This document shows, in pieces, positions 33,985 to 36,860 of a stretch of 36,860 nucleotides of DNA; within the stretch, counting starts at the first letter, position 1, and every line of letters starts with the position of its first letter. Origin of the DNA: Candidatus Pacearchaeota archaeon (GTDB lineage: Archaea; Nanobdellota; Nanobdellia; Pacearchaeales; UBA284); NCBI GenBank assembly GCA_038895375.1, contig JAWANM010000005.1, forward strand, positions 1 through 36,860, read 5' to 3'. A program made the translations under genes and the position numbers. Under the pieces are notes generated by a model, which saw only the letters and a program-made list of their open reading frames with translations, was not told where the DNA came from and did not search any database.

Positions 33985-36559
33985 AGTATTTGTGATCGCT
34001 TTTTTGATTTTGTTAGTTATGCCTATCATGATCGAGAACGTTTTTGCAGCGATTAACTTTAATTTAAGCTCTCCGCAAAGTTTTGGCCCTGGACAAGTGA
34101 TTGATGCTATTGTAAATCTAAGCTTAGAAAATGTTCCAGCGAATACGCAAGTGAAGATTGCCATTACAGCTCCGAACTACAATAAAGAAGTTGTTATGAA
34201 CTTGTTGCAGTTTTTAGAGCGATTGAATGCACAAAAAGAATGCATGCCTGCAAATTGCTTAACAACTTATGCAACCCAAGGCGTTGGTTTGTCTGAAAAA
34301 ACTCTGAACATGGAAGCAGCTCAAGAAAGCTTGATTGCTTTTAAAATACCTTCTGGAAGCAATGTAGAAATTAAAGATTTTAGTTTTAAAATTGTAGGCT
34401 CGACTTCTGAAGGCTTTAGCTGCGATGACAGCATTATAAAGTTTGATTTGCTCGATGATGGCTCTATCGACTGGGAATACGCGAAGCCGACAGAAGAAAA
34501 GAACTGCTCAGATTTTATCGGCGGTTGTTTCGCAAACATAAACACACAAGACTTGGTTCTTGACTCAACGCCAAGATGCGAAAAAATAAAAATCGGCAAG
34601 ACGGGCAAAGCAGATCTTGGAGTATATGTTAATTTGGTTGGCGACTCTGGAAATTTGCTTTTATTGCTTTATGATCCGGTAACGCAAAGACAATACAATT
34701 GCACTGTTGAAGCAATAAGTGGCTTTAATTTTTGTTCGATAAGCTATGAAGATGGATTTTTTATAAACAGCTCTAGAGATGTGTTTGTTTGTGTTAAAGC
34801 CATAAGCGGCTATTATACTATAAAAGTCGAAACAGATTCGCCATGTGGATTTTTTGGAAATCCGCAAGAGCAACCAAGCTTCAATTCCGATTATCCTCTG
34901 TACTTGCGATACTATGGCTTTTCGTCTATGGACGAAGAATTTGTCTTTAGTAACAACACTTTTATAGGAAATTTGAAAGAATACTTGCAGCAGTACATAG
35001 ATTCTCGCTATTCACGAAATTGTAACAATAACGGTTGCGTAATTCCATTGAGGTTTGTTGCTAATGGAACGCAAACATTGACACTTTCAGAGCCTTCACT
35101 GAAATATAGCCATACTTTGGGCAGTGCTTTCAACAATTATTTTTATGATGTTACTGCTAGTTATGCAAAAATAAATGTTTCTCAACAATTGAGTCTTACT
35201 GCTTTGAATATAACGGCTCCCGAAGTCGAAGGCAATTATGTTTTGAAGCTTACGATAGGCTCGAGCTCGAGACAGACGAGCTTCAAAGTTGAGCAAGTTC
35301 CTATGGTTTTGAGCGTTTCGCCTTCGGTTGTAATTCCTGGAATAGAAACAACATTTTATGTTACCGTACAACAGGTTGTAAATCCTATAGTTAACTATAG
35401 CTGGGACTGGGAAGGCGATGGTATTGTCGATATCGTAACAACAGTTCCACAAGCAAATCATACTTATGCTGCAGGAACATATACTTTAATAGTGACTGTT
35501 AAAGATGCAGCAGGCTTGCAAGGTTCTAAAGCTTTTACAATTATAAGCAATGTTACAAGAGACTTGCTCAACACAACGATAAATGATTTGATTTCAAGAA
35601 TAAATGCTTTGTCCTTACAATACAATTCTTTAGAGCCATGGTATAGAGATCTTCTCGGTTTGAATTTAACAAGAGACAATGCAACACTTTTCACGCTGAA
35701 AACACAAATTTCAACAGTTCCGGAATCGCAATTTTTAGCAATCAAGCAAACTCTCGACGAAATTGCCTCGAGAAATCCGATAAGCATTATAGATTCTTTC
35801 AAGCTTGCAGAGTCTTTCTACTATCCAGATCCCGAGCATATAGATCCTGCTTATGTTTCAGAAATTACTCACGAGAGCTATAATAGAAGTAATGAAGAAC
35901 AATACAAAAATGCAATAGCTTTGTGGCAAGAAAAAAATCTCGATGTCAAGATTCATGGTTCGGTTAAAGCTTTTGTTTATGAAACAAAGCAAGAAGACAA
36001 GCTTACGATTATAAATATAAAGCTAAATCCAAGAACAAGTCTCGATAATGTTTATCTCATTTTTTCTTTACCTTCTGGCGTAAGCTATTCTAGTGTAGCC
36101 ATTAAAGAAGGAAATTTTGAAAAAGAGAATCTTGGCGATGCTATTGGTTTTTCTTTTTCAAGTCTTAGAGCTTCAGAAACGATTTCTATTGCAATTCCTT
36201 CAAAACAAGATCTTATGCAACTAAAGTTTTATGTTTCTCCTTCTTTGGGAGAGCTGAATATAGAAACAATGTCGCGAGAGAAAAAAGAAGGAAATAAAAG
36301 CATGATATTTTTTATTATCATTCTTGTTGTTGCTGTCGCTATAGGCTTGCTTTTGATATGGAGTAAAAGAGGCAAAGAGAGTTTATTCAAAAGCGAAACG
36401 GATTTGATAAGTTTAATCAATTTTATAAGCATGAGTCTCGCTCAAGGAATGCCGAGAAAGCAGATAGAAGAACAATTGCTCAATGCCGGTTGGTCTAAAA
36501 AGCAAATCAACTATGCATTCAAACAAGTTGAAAGGCCGAGCAAATTTCCTAGATTCTAA
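33974..36559 (+). CDS. Membrane-anchored PKD-domain surface protein with cytoplasmic C-terminal domain
   Basis: Signal peptide from MKSKV (ATG 33974), PKD motif YSWDWEGDG...HTYAAGTYTLIVTVKD..G, TM MIFFIIILVVAVAIGLLLIW and a cytoplasmic tail. Confidence 0.88.
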   Translation: MKSKVFVIAFLILLVMPIMIENVFAAINFNLSSPQSFGPGQVIDAIVNLSLENVPANTQVKIAITAPNYNKEVVMNLLQFLERLNAQKECMPANCLTTYATQGVGLSEKTLNMEAAQESLIAFKIPSGSNVEIKDFSFKIVGSTSEGFSCDDSIIKFDLLDDGSIDWEYAKPTEEKNCSDFIGGCFANINTQDLVLDSTPRCEKIKIGKTGKADLGVYVNLVGDSGNLLLLLYDPVTQRQYNCTVEAISGFNFCSISYEDGFFINSSRDVFVCVKAISGYYTIKVETDSPCGFFGNPQEQPSFNSDYPLYLRYYGFSSMDEEFVFSNNTFIGNLKEYLQQYIDSRYSRNCNNNGCVIPLRFVANGTQTLTLSEPSLKYSHTLGSAFNNYFYDVTASYAKINVSQQLSLTALNITAPEVEGNYVLKLTIGSSSRQTSFKVEQVPMVLSVSPSVVIPGIETTFYVTVQQVVNPIVNYSWDWEGDGIVDIVTTVPQANHTYAAGTYTLIVTVKDAAGLQGSKAFTIISNVTRDLLNTTINDLISRINALSLQYNSLEPWYRDLLGLNLTRDNATLFTLKTQISTVPESQFLAIKQTLDEIASRNPISIIDSFKLAESFYYPDPEHIDPAYVSEITHESYNRSNEEQYKNAIALWQEKNLDVKIHGSVKAFVYETKQEDKLTIINIKLNPRTSLDNVYLIFSLPSGVSYSSVAIKEGNFEKENLGDAIGFSFSSLRASETISIAIPSKQDLMQLKFYVSPSLGELNIETMSREKKEGNKSMIFFIIILVVAVAIGLLLIWSKRGKESLFKSETDLISLINFISMSLAQGMPRKQIEEQLLNAGWSKKQINYAFKQVERPSKFPRF

Positions 36560-36572
36560 TTTTTACGATCTG

Positions 36573-36860
36573 CTAATCTTCTTGCATCTTTTTTAGTTTT
36601 TCTAGAGTTTCTTTAAGTTCTGCTTTTTCTCTTTTTGCTATTTTTTCTTTCAACTTTGCAGGAACTTTTTGTATCGAAACCGGTTTCGATGGCGGCTTTG
36701 GTATTCGCCTTGGCATTGGCTTGAAAGGAGTTGGTCTCGGAAATTGAGCAAGAGGAAATTCTTCTTTTTCTTCTTCTGGTTTTTTTCTTATAAAAAAGAA
36801 GTAAAACGCTGCAATTGCAGCTGCAACTATTATGATTATCCAGAAAGGAAATTTTGCTTT
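36573..36860 (-). CDS. 3' end of the junction-spanning gene begun at 2058 (TM helix, Pro-rich linker, charged C-terminal helix)
   Basis: Same frame continues past the repeat: ...FFFIRK-KPEEEKEEFPLAQFPRPTPFKPMPRRIPKPPSKPVSIQKVPAKLKEKIAKREKAELKETLEKLKKMQED, TAG at 36575..36573, convergent with the PKD gene. Confidence 0.88.
   Translation of the reverse strand, partial: KAKFPFWIIIIVAAAIAAFYFFFIRKKPEEEKEEFPLAQFPRPTPFKPMPRRIPKPPSKPVSIQKVPAKLKEKIAKREKAELKETLEKLKKMQED
36783..36860. repeat. Terminal direct repeat, right copy (identical to 1..78)
   Basis: Direct comparison with the window start. Confidence 0.97.

Noticed and set aside
1-36860. Virus or conventional plasmid interpretation of the circle
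   Set aside because: No recognisable capsid, terminase, Rep, relaxase or partition genes; the content is cellular housekeeping and envelope genes.

Overview
AT-rich, gene-dense archaeal DNA, most likely from a DPANN lineage (Pacearchaeota/Woesearchaeota-like). This rests on a fused PriS-PriL primase, class I LysRS, stand-alone Kae1, an N-terminally extended eS28 and a large set of Cys-rich surface proteins. The first 78 bp are repeated exactly as the last 78 bp. A 755-aa membrane-protein gene on the minus strand reads in frame across that junction, so the contig closes into a 36,782-bp circle. The circle carries normally single-copy core genes: primase, PCNA, RFC-S, RFC-L, Hjc, pyrG, lysS, a TruB/Cbf5-like gene, kae1, eL8/L7Ae, eS28, eL24 and tRNA-Trp. 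It also carries a type IV pilus ATPase/platform operon and roughly 20 kb of secreted or surface protein genes. I see no replication initiator, integrase, transposase or viral gene. It is either a candidate mini-chromosome of a multipartite DPANN genome or an assembly-graph loop. Five genes under 60 aa are missing from the ORF track: a short histone, a DUF5679-like Zn-ribbon, a CC1-like chromatin protein, eL24 and a 45-aa pilus-operon protein. There is also a putative L7Ae autoregulatory k-loop.
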